A DNA stretch of 64,000 nucleotides from Promethearchaeia archaeon (lineage in GTDB: Archaea; Asgardarchaeota; Lokiarchaeia; Sigyniarchaeales; SOKP01): contig JAHQWJ010000136.1 of the NCBI GenBank assembly GCA_029856125.1, forward strand, positions 1 to 64,000, written 5' to 3'. The position numbers were made by a program, and so were the translations under genes. Every line of letters begins with the position of its first letter. Position 1 is the first letter of the stretch. Positions 48,960 to 59,829 of the stretch are shown in pieces. The notes under the pieces are model-generated. The model did not search any database. It was not told the origin of the DNA and worked only from the letters and a program-made list of their open reading frames with translations.

Positions 48960-49523
48960 TTGCCAGCAGAAGAATTTTCCAACGAAGCTAAGGAATATGT
49001 ATTCAAGATTACAATTCTCGGACAAAGTGCCGTGGGTAAAACTTCATTAATTAATCAATTTGTGGAAGGTTCGTTTCAAGAAGACTATAAACCAACACTT
49101 GGCGCAAATATAATCCGTAAGGATGTGAACATAGATGAAGTCAACGCTAAAGTTCGATTAATAATGTGGGACTTAGCGGGTCAAGAGAAGTACAATGTAA
49201 TCCGAAGCATGTACTTCCAAGGGTGTGTTGGGAGTTTACTCGTGTATGATGTCACTCGTCACGAGAGCTTTGCTGCGATTGAATCTAAATGGCTTAAAGA
49301 TTTCAAAAACTATGTGAAAAAAGAGGGCGCTTACATTTTAATCGGCAATAAAATCGATCTAAACGAACAGCGAGTAGTTAGTAAAGAAGAGGGAGAAAAA
49401 TTAGCTAAACAAATCGGTGCAAGTGTTTTTATTGAAACCAGTGCTAAATTAGGAAAAAATGTTGAAGAAGCCTTTAAAAGTTTAGTATACCAAATTTTAC
49501 GAAATTATGGAGAAAAAATATAA
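48960..49523 (+). CDS. Rab-like small GTPase
   Basis: GQSAVGKT, PTLG, WDLAGQE, NKID, TSAK. Confidence 0.93.
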   Translation: MPAEEFSNEAKEYVFKITILGQSAVGKTSLINQFVEGSFQEDYKPTLGANIIRKDVNIDEVNAKVRLIMWDLAGQEKYNVIRSMYFQGCVGSLLVYDVTRHESFAAIESKWLKDFKNYVKKEGAYILIGNKIDLNEQRVVSKEEGEKLAKQIGASVFIETSAKLGKNVEEAFKSLVYQILRNYGEKI

Positions 49524-49607
49524 AGAAGCCTAATTAAATAAGAAATCTCCAATTCAATCTCTTTTAAATTACTAATCATTATTATAATTATAAATTATTT
49601 TTATTAA

Positions 49608-50768
49608 ATGGTAAAAATGAAAGAATTATCAAACATAATAAGAAATGCCCCAAAATCAAAAATCCGTGAACTTTTTGACCTTGCCGCTGGACGATCTGAT
49701 GTAATAAGCTTAGGAATCGGGCAACCGGATTTTTCCACTCCTCAAGCTGCAATAAAAGGAAATATCAATGCACTAAATGAGAATATCACATATTATGCTC
49801 CTACGAAAGGTATTCCCGAATTATTGCAGCGACTTGAAAGCAAATTAAAATCCGTAAATAACATTAAAACAGCATGGAAAGATAATCTTATTGTTACAAA
49901 CGGAGGCTCTCAAGCTCTTAGTCTTGCTTTTGCCTCTATTTTTAATTCTGGAGATGAAATTATAATTTCCTCTCCAAATTTTATTTCTTATTTCTATTTA
50001 AGTGCATTTTTTGGTTTACGAGTGATTGAAATCGAGAGGAAAAACGACTTTAGTCCTGATATTACCAAAATAAAAAATTCAATTACTGCTAAAACTAAAG
50101 CGATTTTAATTAACTCACCTAATAATCCAACTGGATATTCATTAACTACAAATGAATTACAGGAAATCGTTGAAATCGTTAAAACTCATGACTTATATTT
50201 AATTTCTGATGAAGTGTACGAAAATTACCTCTATGACAATTCCAAACATACGAGTCCAGCTTCGTTAAAAGATATGTTTGAACGGACTATCACTATAAAC
50301 GCGATGTCAAAACTGTATTCTGCTACGGGATTTAGATTAGGGTATGTAGCTGCTAATAAGGATATAATAGATACTATGGAAAAATATCACCAATATACCG
50401 TAGCAGGCACAAACCATGCAGCTCAATATGGTTTTTTAGAGGCTTTAAAGATAGATATTAGTTTTTTTGACGAAATTTTAAAGAGTTTTGATGAAAGACG
50501 TTTATTAGCTTTTAATCGATTGAGCGAAATGGGATTCGAAGTCGTTAAACCAAAAGGAGCCTTTTATGTTATGCCGAAAATCAACGAGTTTGGCTTAACT
50601 GGCGCTGAATTTTCGAGAAGAATAATGAAAGAACAAGCAGTCGCAATAGTTCCAGGTAATATTTTTGGATCTTACTCAGAATATATGTTAAGAATGTCTT
50701 ATGCAACGAAATTAGAAAAGCTCGAAGAAGCGATGGATAGAATCGAAAAATTTGTTAAAACTTTATAA
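49608..50768 (+). CDS. Class I/II PLP aminotransferase (aspartate aminotransferase-like)
   Basis: NSPNNPTG, SDEVY, SKLYSATGFRLG. Confidence 0.92.
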   Translation: MVKMKELSNIIRNAPKSKIRELFDLAAGRSDVISLGIGQPDFSTPQAAIKGNINALNENITYYAPTKGIPELLQRLESKLKSVNNIKTAWKDNLIVTNGGSQALSLAFASIFNSGDEIIISSPNFISYFYLSAFFGLRVIEIERKNDFSPDITKIKNSITAKTKAILINSPNNPTGYSLTTNELQEIVEIVKTHDLYLISDEVYENYLYDNSKHTSPASLKDMFERTITINAMSKLYSATGFRLGYVAANKDIIDTMEKYHQYTVAGTNHAAQYGFLEALKIDISFFDEILKSFDERRLLAFNRLSEMGFEVVKPKGAFYVMPKINEFGLTGAEFSRRIMKEQAVAIVPGNIFGSYSEYMLRMSYATKLEKLEEAMDRIEKFVKTL

Positions 50769-50779
50769 TTATTAAATTT

Positions 50780-51916
50780 CTAAGCCGTTTCTTTGTTGTA
50801 TGTTTGTAGGAGAGCGTTTGTTAAATACTCCGTTGCTTGAAATACTTGTTTTAATTCAACAAATTCGTCTATTTTATGAATATTGCTTGGATCTCCGGGG
50901 CCAAATATTACAAAAGGGACTGGCTTTTTGGGTTGAACAAGGACTGCAGTATCAGAAGCATAAGGTAATCCTATTATTTTAGACTTATTAATTTTCAATA
51001 AATTTTGAATAAAGGTGTGATTTAAATCAGTTTGAAGCGCTGGCAAACTGTGAGATACTTTTGTCTCCAGGGTGCATGGAGAAATCTGTATATTTTTCAA
51101 ATTTCTCCTTAGTTTTTCTACATCTTGCTCAGGTATTAATCTATAATCAGCTGTTAGAGTAGTCTTATCAGGAACAATATTGATAGCATTACCCCCTTTA
51201 ATTTTCCCTATATTCAATGTAGATTTACCTAAGACCTTGTTTTCTTTTTCATCTAAGCAACTATAAAGAAGTGGAATTAATTTTAATGCGCCTTCAATGG
51301 AATTTATCCCTAAATTTGGTGTAGATGAATGAGCAGATTTCCCCTGAATCTCTAAATTTATCCATAATAATCCCTTTTCAGCTATTCCTACATTCATATT
51401 TGTGGGTTCGCCAACAATTAACAATATCGCATTTTTCATTATTCCTTTTCTGAAACATGTATAAGCACCAGTCATACCAGCTTCTTCATCAGCACTTCCA
51501 AGAAATACGAAAGTGTATTCATCCAACAACTGAAATTCTTCTTTTAGATTCAACATCGTTCCAATTAACATTGTTAAACCTGCTTTCATATCACTTGAAC
51601 CTCGACCATACAACTTTCCATCAACGATTTCTGCAGAAAACGGTGGATATTTCCATTTATTATGATCTCCAGCGGGTACAACATCAAAATGTCCTGATAA
51701 GATAATCTTTTTCTCTCCTGAGCCAATTGTGCTAATAAGGTTTTTAAGTTCAACGTTTTTTTTCTTAAATGGGATAATTTCGTTATGAAATCCCTCTTCT
51801 TCTTTGAACACTTCGGAAATTAAGTATTTAATAATGTGATCTGTTTTTCCAGGGGGATTTTCCGTTGGTATTTGGACTAAATTTTTTAGGATGGTTGTTA
51901 GATCGAGTTTTGACAT
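50780..51916 (-). CDS. M20 metallopeptidase (ArgE/DapE family)
   Basis: GHFDVVP, GRGSSDMK, DEEAG, GEPT, H..DE. Confidence 0.9.
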   Translation of the reverse strand: MSKLDLTTILKNLVQIPTENPPGKTDHIIKYLISEVFKEEEGFHNEIIPFKKKNVELKNLISTIGSGEKKIILSGHFDVVPAGDHNKWKYPPFSAEIVDGKLYGRGSSDMKAGLTMLIGTMLNLKEEFQLLDEYTFVFLGSADEEAGMTGAYTCFRKGIMKNAILLIVGEPTNMNVGIAEKGLLWINLEIQGKSAHSSTPNLGINSIEGALKLIPLLYSCLDEKENKVLGKSTLNIGKIKGGNAINIVPDKTTLTADYRLIPEQDVEKLRRNLKNIQISPCTLETKVSHSLPALQTDLNHTFIQNLLKINKSKIIGLPYASDTAVLVQPKKPVPFVIFGPGDPSNIHKIDEFVELKQVFQATEYLTNALLQTYNKETA

Positions 51917-52210
51917 GGTTTTTTCATGCGATGATTTTCTTATATCATAACCTACACATAATCCACTTCAAATGGAGTTTTCGGCAACACTTCCGCCCCT
52001 CCCAATTAATCCTAATTTCATTCATTTTTAACTCCACAAAAATAGTATTTTCTTTTTAGTTTTCTGCTTATTATTTAATTTCATTATTTTAAAATTGTTA
52101 TGATTTAGTTTAAATACTAATATAAGTATAAAAAAAGAATTGCTTGTAGCTTATAAAAAATAAAAAGTACAATTGAAAAATAGAAATTGCTAGAAATTCT
52201 TTCTACTTTC

Positions 52211-54499
52211 TTATTGATACAAGTTGGAATCGCTATCTTTTACTTTTTGGTCCTGAGCGAGTTGTTTTGCTAAATTTTCGTACTTATCAATAGTTTCTTT
52301 TTGTAGTGTTGATCCTACTTTTGTAAGCGCTTCCTCAAAATGATGTAATTCAACAAAGTCAAAATCTTCCATCTTTTCTCTTATTGCTTGCATGCCTGCT
52401 TCTCTGCACAAATTTTCTAGATCTGCTCCACTGTAGTCTTCTGTCATTAATGCTATGTTTTTCAAAGAAATACCTTCTTTAAGTGGCATATTTTTTGTAT
52501 GAACTTCTAAAATCTTAATTCTTCCTTCATAATCTGGAGCAACTACATATAGTAGTTTATCGATTCTTCCGGGTCGTAGTAGCGCAGGATCAACCAAATC
52601 AGGACGGTTAGTACTAGCTATAATGACGATCCCGCTATTACTCTCGATCCCATCCATTTCAGTTAATAATTGGGTTATTACGGTGTCATAAACAGCTGAT
52701 CCTTTCCATCCTCCTCGGCTGGTGGTAAGTGCTTCAATTTCATCAAAATATATAATGGAAGGGGCTAGTTCTCTGGCTTTTGCGAATATGCTCCTTATAT
52801 TTTTTTCAGATTCACCAACCCATTTTGACATTAGTTCTGGACCTTTAACAGTTATAACATTCGATTGCGTTTCGCTCGCTACAGCTTCTGCTAATAGTGT
52901 TTTTCCACAACCAGGAGGACCAAAAAGAAGAATACCCCCAACAGAACGAATTCCCGCCTTCTTGAACAGCTTTGGATGTTTTAACGGCCATTCAACAGCT
53001 TCCTTTAACTCTTGTTTTATTTCATCCAATCCACCAACATCATCCCATGAAACCTCGGGAATTTCTGTAAGATACTCTCTTAAGGCAGATGGTTTTATTT
53101 CTTTTAATGCTTTTAGAAAATTGTCATCTTTAACAAATAATTTTTGAATAGTCTCATTCGGTACCGGTTCGTCAATATTAATTTCAGGTAAAATATCTCT
53201 AATAGCATCCATAGCGGCTTCTCGAACGAAAGCCATAATATCTGCTCCAACAAAACCGTGAGTAATTTCAGAATAGTAATCAATATCCACATCAGCTTCC
53301 ATTGGCATTCCCCGCGTGTGAATTTTAAAAATTTCATTCCTCCCTTTTTTATCCGGAATTCTAAATCTTATTTCAGTATCAAACCGTCCTGGCCTTCGTA
53401 AGGCAGGATCAATCGCATCAATTCGATTTGTAGCACCGATAACTATTACACCTTCTCTACCCTTCATCCCGTCAAGCAGAGTAAGTAGCTGAGATACAAC
53501 CCGTCTTTCAACTTCTCCTGTAACTTCACTTCTTTTAGGGGCGATCGCATCGAGCTCATCTATAAATATTATTGCAGGTGCGTTACTTTCAGCTCGATCA
53601 AAAAAACCTTTTAAATTCCTCTCGCTATCTCCGTAGAATTTACTCATAATTTCAGGTCCATTTATTATGAAAAAATAAGCGTCCGCCTCTTGAGAAACAG
53701 CTTTAGCCATTAAAGTTTTTCCCGTACCAGGAGGACCATAAAAGAGAACTCCTTTTGGAGGTTCAATATTCAATCTCTGAAATAATTCAGGATGTCTGAT
53801 AGGTAATTCCACCACTTCTCTGATCCTTTGAATTTGGTCAGTTAAACCTCCAACATCGTCATATGTAATAATTTCACCCGAAATATTAAGTAATGCTATC
53901 TTTTTATTTATTTTTATCCTTGTGTCTCGTGTAAATCTAACAACCTCATTATTAGGTTTGGTATTTAAGACAATTAATCTTAATGGTCCTAAGGTTGGTC
54001 TTTTTGTACTCCCTCCCATATTAAACATTTTCATAAATCCATTCATAGGGTTATTGTTTTGATCAGTTCTAATTATAGCTCCAGGAACATCAATAATATC
54101 TCCAGCCACAAGAGGTTTATCAATCAATTTCCCTTTTATTAAGTCAGCTTGTTTTTTAATATCGTAAATTGCCTTAGTTGGGGCAAGTTCTATTTCTCTA
54201 GCTGGTGAAGCAAGTGTGGGTTGTATTGTTATGAATTCTCCAATAGTAGATCCTAAATTTTTTCTTTGAATTCCATCTATTCTAATAATTCCTTCTCCTT
54301 TGTCAGCAAAACTCGCTACAACAATACCCGCAGTTTTCTTCTTGCCAATTAATTCTACAATATCACCAGTAGATAATCCCAGATTATCCAATACAGTCTG
54401 ATCTATATAGCATAAACTTCTTCCACTACGGCTTGGTTCTAATCTTTCTACTCTTAATTTTGCTGTTCTTTTTACGCTTTCTTTACTCATTTTTTTCAA
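52211..54499 (-). CDS. cdc48: CDC48/VAT AAA+ ATPase
   Basis: N-domain plus two AAA modules (GPPGTGKT, GPPGCGKT, RPGR); C-terminal HbYX-like LYQ. Confidence 0.93.
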   Translation of the reverse strand: MKKMSKESVKRTAKLRVERLEPSRSGRSLCYIDQTVLDNLGLSTGDIVELIGKKKTAGIVVASFADKGEGIIRIDGIQRKNLGSTIGEFITIQPTLASPAREIELAPTKAIYDIKKQADLIKGKLIDKPLVAGDIIDVPGAIIRTDQNNNPMNGFMKMFNMGGSTKRPTLGPLRLIVLNTKPNNEVVRFTRDTRIKINKKIALLNISGEIITYDDVGGLTDQIQRIREVVELPIRHPELFQRLNIEPPKGVLFYGPPGTGKTLMAKAVSQEADAYFFIINGPEIMSKFYGDSERNLKGFFDRAESNAPAIIFIDELDAIAPKRSEVTGEVERRVVSQLLTLLDGMKGREGVIVIGATNRIDAIDPALRRPGRFDTEIRFRIPDKKGRNEIFKIHTRGMPMEADVDIDYYSEITHGFVGADIMAFVREAAMDAIRDILPEINIDEPVPNETIQKLFVKDDNFLKALKEIKPSALREYLTEIPEVSWDDVGGLDEIKQELKEAVEWPLKHPKLFKKAGIRSVGGILLFGPPGCGKTLLAEAVASETQSNVITVKGPELMSKWVGESEKNIRSIFAKARELAPSIIYFDEIEALTTSRGGWKGSAVYDTVITQLLTEMDGIESNSGIVIIASTNRPDLVDPALLRPGRIDKLLYVVAPDYEGRIKILEVHTKNMPLKEGISLKNIALMTEDYSGADLENLCREAGMQAIREKMEDFDFVELHHFEEALTKVGSTLQKETIDKYENLAKQLAQDQKVKDSDSNLYQ

Positions 54500-54671
54500 A
54501 TTCTTTTTCTTTTCTACTCTAAAAGAAATAATGATACTTTATTTTCTTTTGCTTTATTTATTATAATGAGTCAGATTATCTCATTTTATGGATTCTAAGA
54601 GTTGTAGCTCATTAAATATTGTTTAAAAACCATATTTGAAGGTTTCAATGCTTTTACGGAAATTAAAAACT

Positions 54672-55457
54672 TTAGCCTTTTAGCTTCTTGTCTAAAAATA
54701 ATTTAAAATCTACTAATATTTTTTTAATATCAAACTCTTCATCTGATCTACTTTTTATAAATGCTTTCCTATATTCCAAAATTGCTTTTTTTGAAACATG
54801 ATATTTTGGATTTTTTAATAGTTCGCCAACAAATTTACGCGTAATTAAATCTAACTCTTCCCGAATTGAAGTGGAATGTTTATATTGTAATGGTTCTTTA
54901 ATTTCTTTTCGCTCTTGAAGATTTAAAGCTATTTTGTTGCTTAATATCTTTATAAATTGAATTTCATCCTTAGTTTGGGTAATATCGAAAGTTTCGAATG
55001 GTGTATCCCATTTATATTTATCAAAGTTGTCGAATTTATTGTAAATATTTTTAATAACTTTGTTAGGTATAGATTTTCCTCTTTCTTTATTCCTTTTAAT
55101 ACAAAGTTTAAGTGGTGTTGAGATATGTATAATATAGAATTTAATGTTTAAACTATCGGCAATTAATTTTAAATCGTGACGCATGCTTGAATAGTAATTT
55201 AAGTCGTCATTGATAACAATATATCCCTTTTTAAGGTGCATTCTTACTGACTGTATGTTTTTTTCTCGTATTTGGGGCTCATTTTTAAAATCAAAACTGG
55301 TTGGAAAAGCCTCGTCTCTTATTATGTCGGGATCGATAATTTCTACTTTATTTTGAAAATCTGACTCCAATTTTTCCTTTAGTTTAAATGCAAAAGTAGT
55401 TTTTCCCGATGCTGGTAATCCTACTAGAATAATTAGAAAGTTTGATTTACTGTTCAA
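54672..55457 (-). CDS. pstK: O-phosphoseryl-tRNA(Sec) kinase
   Basis: GLPASGKT, 'DIIR', 'DDLNYYSSMR', 'RNKERG..IP..VI', 'YKWDTP' as in archaeal PSTK. Confidence 0.82.
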   Translation of the reverse strand: MNSKSNFLIILVGLPASGKTTFAFKLKEKLESDFQNKVEIIDPDIIRDEAFPTSFDFKNEPQIREKNIQSVRMHLKKGYIVINDDLNYYSSMRHDLKLIADSLNIKFYIIHISTPLKLCIKRNKERGKSIPNKVIKNIYNKFDNFDKYKWDTPFETFDITQTKDEIQFIKILSNKIALNLQERKEIKEPLQYKHSTSIREELDLITRKFVGELLKNPKYHVSKKAILEYRKAFIKSRSDEEFDIKKILVDFKLFLDKKLKG

Positions 55458-55764
55458 CTAGATCATCTTCATTAAAAGTTCTTATAAGCTGAAATTTTTG
55501 TTTTCTCGTAAAAGTTTTGATTTCTAATTCTCTTTTCATAGCCATTCCTCTTTCTCCAAAAGTTTCAAAATACTTAAGTCTTATACTCTTTTTACCTCGA
55601 CAAAATTTAGCGCCGGTCCCCTTTTTGTGTTCTTCTAATCTTCTTTGCAGATTATTAGTATACCCCGTGTAGAATCTCTTTTTATTATTCTTCGCAATCG
55701 TTTCTAAAATATACACATAATAAAGGGACATAGCAGAATCACTATTTGTAAGATAATTTTTCAA
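55447..55764 (-). CDS. GIY-YIG nuclease (YhbQ-like)
   Basis: 'YYVYIL...YTGYTNNLQRRLEEH..G.GAKF...AMKRE'. Confidence 0.88.
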   Translation of the reverse strand: MKNYLTNSDSAMSLYYVYILETIAKNNKKRFYTGYTNNLQRRLEEHKKGTGAKFCRGKKSIRLKYFETFGERGMAMKRELEIKTFTRKQKFQLIRTFNEDDLVEQ

Positions 55765-55952
55765 CTATTTATTTTTTTTGGCAAAACTATCGCATTTTTT
55801 CCATATTAAAAGAAAATCTAAATATCCACATTGCATATTTTGTTATTACCAAATTAATCTACTAAAAATTAAATTTATTAATAAGAACTTTTATAATTTT
55901 TAATGGAAGTGTTAAGTTTTTTAGGTGAGTTACTTTTCCTCTAGGTATTTGT

Positions 55953-56570
55953 TTGATTAAGTGGGATGTTGTTCTTGGTGGAAATATATACATGAAGTTT
56001 CCGGAACATTTAGAGATTCTGGATAATGTAGTGCAACAAATCCAAATTTCACACAATTTTATTGAATCCTACATTACTATTGAAGAAAAAAATTGGAACT
56101 CAATTTCCTACTATAACGAAAATAGGGAAATAATCATCGTATTAGTATTAGATAAGTACGATGACGGTTCAGATTACACTGTTATATTAGATGAATTTAA
56201 AAGAGAGCTCGAGTTAGAACTAAGCGAAACTGAGCTTAAAAACCACTTGGAAAGAATCTATAACTTATCTTTAAATGTGTTTAGAACTCGAGATGAAGTA
56301 ATAGGGAAATTAAGCAATCAAGTCGCTCAACTAAAAACTATGGAATACGACTTGAAAAAACGGTTTGAGAAGATCGCTAGAGCAGACCATCTTAAAGTAA
56401 AAAGCAAAATCCAATTCTTGTTAGCTGTAAATAACGAAATGAAGCATAAAGACCTATATAAAGTGATTGACACTAGCAAAAATTGGTTAGATAAGGTCTT
56501 AGAAACTCTTAAAAAGAACAAGATAATTGGATATAATGAAACAAAGGATACATATTACCTTATTATTTGA
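55953..56570 (+). CDS. Hypothetical protein with C-terminal winged helix
   Basis: 205 aa; C-terminal 'WLDKVLETLKKNKIIGY...YYL'. Confidence 0.6.
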   Translation: MIKWDVVLGGNIYMKFPEHLEILDNVVQQIQISHNFIESYITIEEKNWNSISYYNENREIIIVLVLDKYDDGSDYTVILDEFKRELELELSETELKNHLERIYNLSLNVFRTRDEVIGKLSNQVAQLKTMEYDLKKRFEKIARADHLKVKSKIQFLLAVNNEMKHKDLYKVIDTSKNWLDKVLETLKKNKIIGYNETKDTYYLII

Positions 56571-56668
56571 ATATCTTGAATGGCAGTTTTATAAAGAATT
56601 ACATTATTAAAATTGTTATTATTTTTAGTATTATTAATTTATAATTATAATTTTTAATAGTAGCTGAA

Positions 56669-57808
56669 TTGATAATGAACATTTCAGAAGAAGAACAGCA
56701 AGAAGTTCTAAAAGTAATGAAATCTCAGATGCTAACACTATTACATGGTGAGTTTGTCAGGAAATTCGAAGAGGAATTCGCTCGTTATATTGGTGTAAAG
56801 CATGCTATAGCAGTCAATACTGGTACAGCAGCACTTCACATGTCTATTGCAGCGTTAAATATTGGTCCAGGAGATGAGGTTATTGTCCCTCCTTTTACAT
56901 TTATCGCGAGTGCAAGTTCAATACTACACAATAATGCCATACCTATTTTTGCAGATATTGACGATAAATCTTATACCTTAGATCCCAATTCTGTAAGGAA
57001 TAAAATTACTGAGAAAACCAAAGCAATTATACCAGTTCATTTAGCCGGAATTAGTGCTGATATGAGCGAACTTATGGATATTGCAGGCGATAGTGGAATA
57101 CATGTAATTGAGGATGCCGCACAATCTATTGGAACGCGATGTAATAATAAAAAAGTTGGTTCTATAGGGCATCTCGGTTGTTTTAGCTTCTACCCCTCTA
57201 AGAATATAACTACGGGAGAAGGTGGGATGGTCACTACTAATGATGACGAATTAGCTGAACAATGTCGATTACTCAGACATCACGGCGAACCAGAATGGTA
57301 TGTGTACAATAGATTAGGATATAACTATAGGATGACGGAAATTCAAGCCGCGATTGGGAGAGTCCAACTAAAGAAAATAGAATCTTTTATCAGTGTTAGG
57401 AACAAGAATGCCAAATATCTCTCAAAAGCAACTTCCAATTTGAAAGGTATTACTCCTCCTTTTGTTCCTGAATATTGTGAACCCGCGTTTAATTATTGGA
57501 TTGGAAGGTTAGATCCTGATGTCTTAGGAATTACAAAAACTCAATTCCTAGAAAGAGTTCCAAGGAGTAAAGTTCTATATCCAAAACCTCTTTATAAAAC
57601 AAAGTTATTCCAAAAAAAAAAAGCGTACTCAAAAGGATGTCCTTGGTCGTGCCCTTTCTATGATAAAGAAATAAATTATAATGATATTTATTTACCAATA
57701 GTAGAGAAAGCAACTCAAGAAATATTTGCTTTAGATATCCATCCAGAAATATCTAAGGAATCCCTTGATGAAAACATCAAAATTATGAAAAAAATTTCAG
57801 AAAATTAA
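56669..57808 (+). CDS. DegT/DnrJ/EryC1/StrS aminotransferase
   Basis: NTGTAAL, EDAAQ, SFYPSKNITTGEGG, GYNYRM. Confidence 0.93.
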   Translation: MIMNISEEEQQEVLKVMKSQMLTLLHGEFVRKFEEEFARYIGVKHAIAVNTGTAALHMSIAALNIGPGDEVIVPPFTFIASASSILHNNAIPIFADIDDKSYTLDPNSVRNKITEKTKAIIPVHLAGISADMSELMDIAGDSGIHVIEDAAQSIGTRCNNKKVGSIGHLGCFSFYPSKNITTGEGGMVTTNDDELAEQCRLLRHHGEPEWYVYNRLGYNYRMTEIQAAIGRVQLKKIESFISVRNKNAKYLSKATSNLKGITPPFVPEYCEPAFNYWIGRLDPDVLGITKTQFLERVPRSKVLYPKPLYKTKLFQKKKAYSKGCPWSCPFYDKEINYNDIYLPIVEKATQEIFALDIHPEISKESLDENIKIMKKISEN

Positions 57809-57887
57809 CAATAAAATTCTTTTTTTTTATGAAGATATTACAGGGATATTATTACAGATGATAAATAATATTTCGATATTATAGATT

Positions 57888-58241
57888 ATGTCATTGTTTT
57901 TAAAGAGGAATAAATTTCTCCAAATATTCCACAATATCAGCAATAGTAAGATTAGACACAGAGGACCATTAATTTTAAGATTGTACGGACTGTTAAATGA
58001 GTTAGACTTCTCAAACGAAAATCGGTTCATTCTTTGTAACTTTATCGACCAAAATAGTGAGCTTTTCAGTTTAAGTAGAGATATTTACGAGATTAATAAT
58101 GATGTATCTTTAAAACAATTGTTTCTATTCGCTTATAGTAAAGCTAGGATCAACAACCTTATACCAAATCTTTATTCTGAATATATTAATTCCATAAATG
58201 CTATATCTCAAAAAATAGATACTCAATCAGATCTATCTTAA
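57888..58241 (+). CDS. Hypothetical protein
   Basis: 117-aa ORF co-directional with neighbours. Confidence 0.5.
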   Translation: MSLFLKRNKFLQIFHNISNSKIRHRGPLILRLYGLLNELDFSNENRFILCNFIDQNSELFSLSRDIYEINNDVSLKQLFLFAYSKARINNLIPNLYSEYINSINAISQKIDTQSDLS

Positions 58242-58367
58242 ATCTCATTTATAGATTTAAAAATATCAATTAAATATAATTATAGGTCCTAAAATTAAGA
58301 CACAATTATTAAAAATGATAATTATTATTATGAATGTAATACAAGTTAATTGTTAAACTGAACAATC

Positions 58368-58892
58368 ATGAGTATCGAAGCGAATTATATTGTGAAGATA
58401 TGTTTACTCGGAGAAGCTAATGTTGGTAAAACTTCATTAGTGTATAGATTTATCGAAAATAAATTTAGAGGAAATTACAAATCTACCCTTGGGGTAAACC
58501 TTTTAAAGAAAGATATGAAAATTGAAGGATATGGGGATGTCTCTGCACAAATCTGGGATTTGGGAGGTCAAGAAAGTTTCAAAAGTCTTCGCAAGTTGTA
58601 TTTAGAAGGTGCTAATGGGGCATTAATTATATACGACTGCAATAAAAGAAGTTCTTTTGAAAAACTTTACGACTGGATTCAAGATTTCAAGGATGCTAGG
58701 GGAGACGAACCTCTGCTTTTAATTGGAAATAAAAATGATTTAACTGATAATATTAAAATAGAAGAAAGTGAAGCTTTGGAACTAGCGAAAAGCTTTAACA
58801 TGGAATTTATATCCACATCTGCAAAAACAGGTGCTAATGTCGAAGAAGCCTTTTTAAAGGTTTTAAAGACAATTCTTGATAAGAGTTTATAG
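58368..58892 (+). CDS. Rab-like small GTPase
   Basis: GEANVGKT, STLG, WDLGGQE, NKND, TSAK. Confidence 0.93.
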   Translation: MSIEANYIVKICLLGEANVGKTSLVYRFIENKFRGNYKSTLGVNLLKKDMKIEGYGDVSAQIWDLGGQESFKSLRKLYLEGANGALIIYDCNKRSSFEKLYDWIQDFKDARGDEPLLLIGNKNDLTDNIKIEESEALELAKSFNMEFISTSAKTGANVEEAFLKVLKTILDKSL

Positions 58893-59073
58893 CATACGCC
58901 TTTTAGTTTATGTATCAATAAATTTCGTCATTATTTTTAATAAAAAATCGCTAAATTCTATAGCTATTTATAAATGCCTTTATAAATAAAAAATCATTTA
59001 TAAAGAAATACCCTTTTTTAAGAATTTAATTTTCTTAATTAGTCAATATCATATTTATTAAGTTTGATGTAAG

Positions 59074-59745
59074 ATGGCAAAAAAAGTTAAACGAGTTGAG
59101 GAAGAAGTCGAGGAAGAAAAAACCCATGACGAGGCAAGCGAAATCGAAAAAAGGGAAGGTTTAGATTATAAAATTGAGAATGTAGTTGCAACTGTCGTCG
59201 TTGAAATCACAGAAAAGATCGATTTAAATATAATTGCCCGCAAACACGCAGATGTTGAATATAACCCCGAAAGATTTCCTGGTTTAGTTATGAGAATTGA
59301 GAAACCGAAGGCAACTATCTTAATTTTTTCGACTGGCAAAATGGTGGTTACGGGTTTAAGAAAAGCAACTGAAGCCGGACGAGTAGTAGAGAAAGTAGTA
59401 AAAAATATTCGAAAAGCAGGGATAATAGTATCTAATCCCGAAATTACGATTCAAAATATTGTAGCTAGTGGAGATTTACACACTAATATAGATTTAAATA
59501 TGGCAGCTATCGTTATGGAATACGCTATGTATGAGCCAGAAGTATTTCCCGGTTTGATCTATAGAATGCAAGAACCTAAAACGGTTTTCTTAATTTTCAG
59601 CACGGGTAGGATAGTTTGTACAGGAGCAAAGAAGAAAGAAATAGTTAAAGAAGCAGTGAAGAAATTAAATAAGGAAGTACGCGATTTAGGCGTAGCGAAA
59701 AAGGACTTAGGAAATCCCGATTACCAAGATATTACTTTTATTTAA
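59074..59745 (+). CDS. tbp: TATA-box binding protein (copy 1)
   Basis: Two TBP repeats: ENVVA...YNPERFPG...LIFSTGK and QNIVAS...YEPEVFPG...LIFSTGR. Confidence 0.96.
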   Translation: MAKKVKRVEEEVEEEKTHDEASEIEKREGLDYKIENVVATVVVEITEKIDLNIIARKHADVEYNPERFPGLVMRIEKPKATILIFSTGKMVVTGLRKATEAGRVVEKVVKNIRKAGIIVSNPEITIQNIVASGDLHTNIDLNMAAIVMEYAMYEPEVFPGLIYRMQEPKTVFLIFSTGRIVCTGAKKKEIVKEAVKKLNKEVRDLGVAKKDLGNPDYQDITFI

Positions 59746-59829
59746 CCACATATATAAAAAAAACCCATTCTAAAAAGAAATTAAATTTCATAATTAGCAT
59801 AAAATTTTATTTACTAAGTTTGATGTAGC

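Noticed and set aside
55447-55764. GIY-YIG as a homing endonuclease or mobile element
   Set aside because: Short stand-alone YhbQ-like protein with no intron context, terminal repeats or target duplication.
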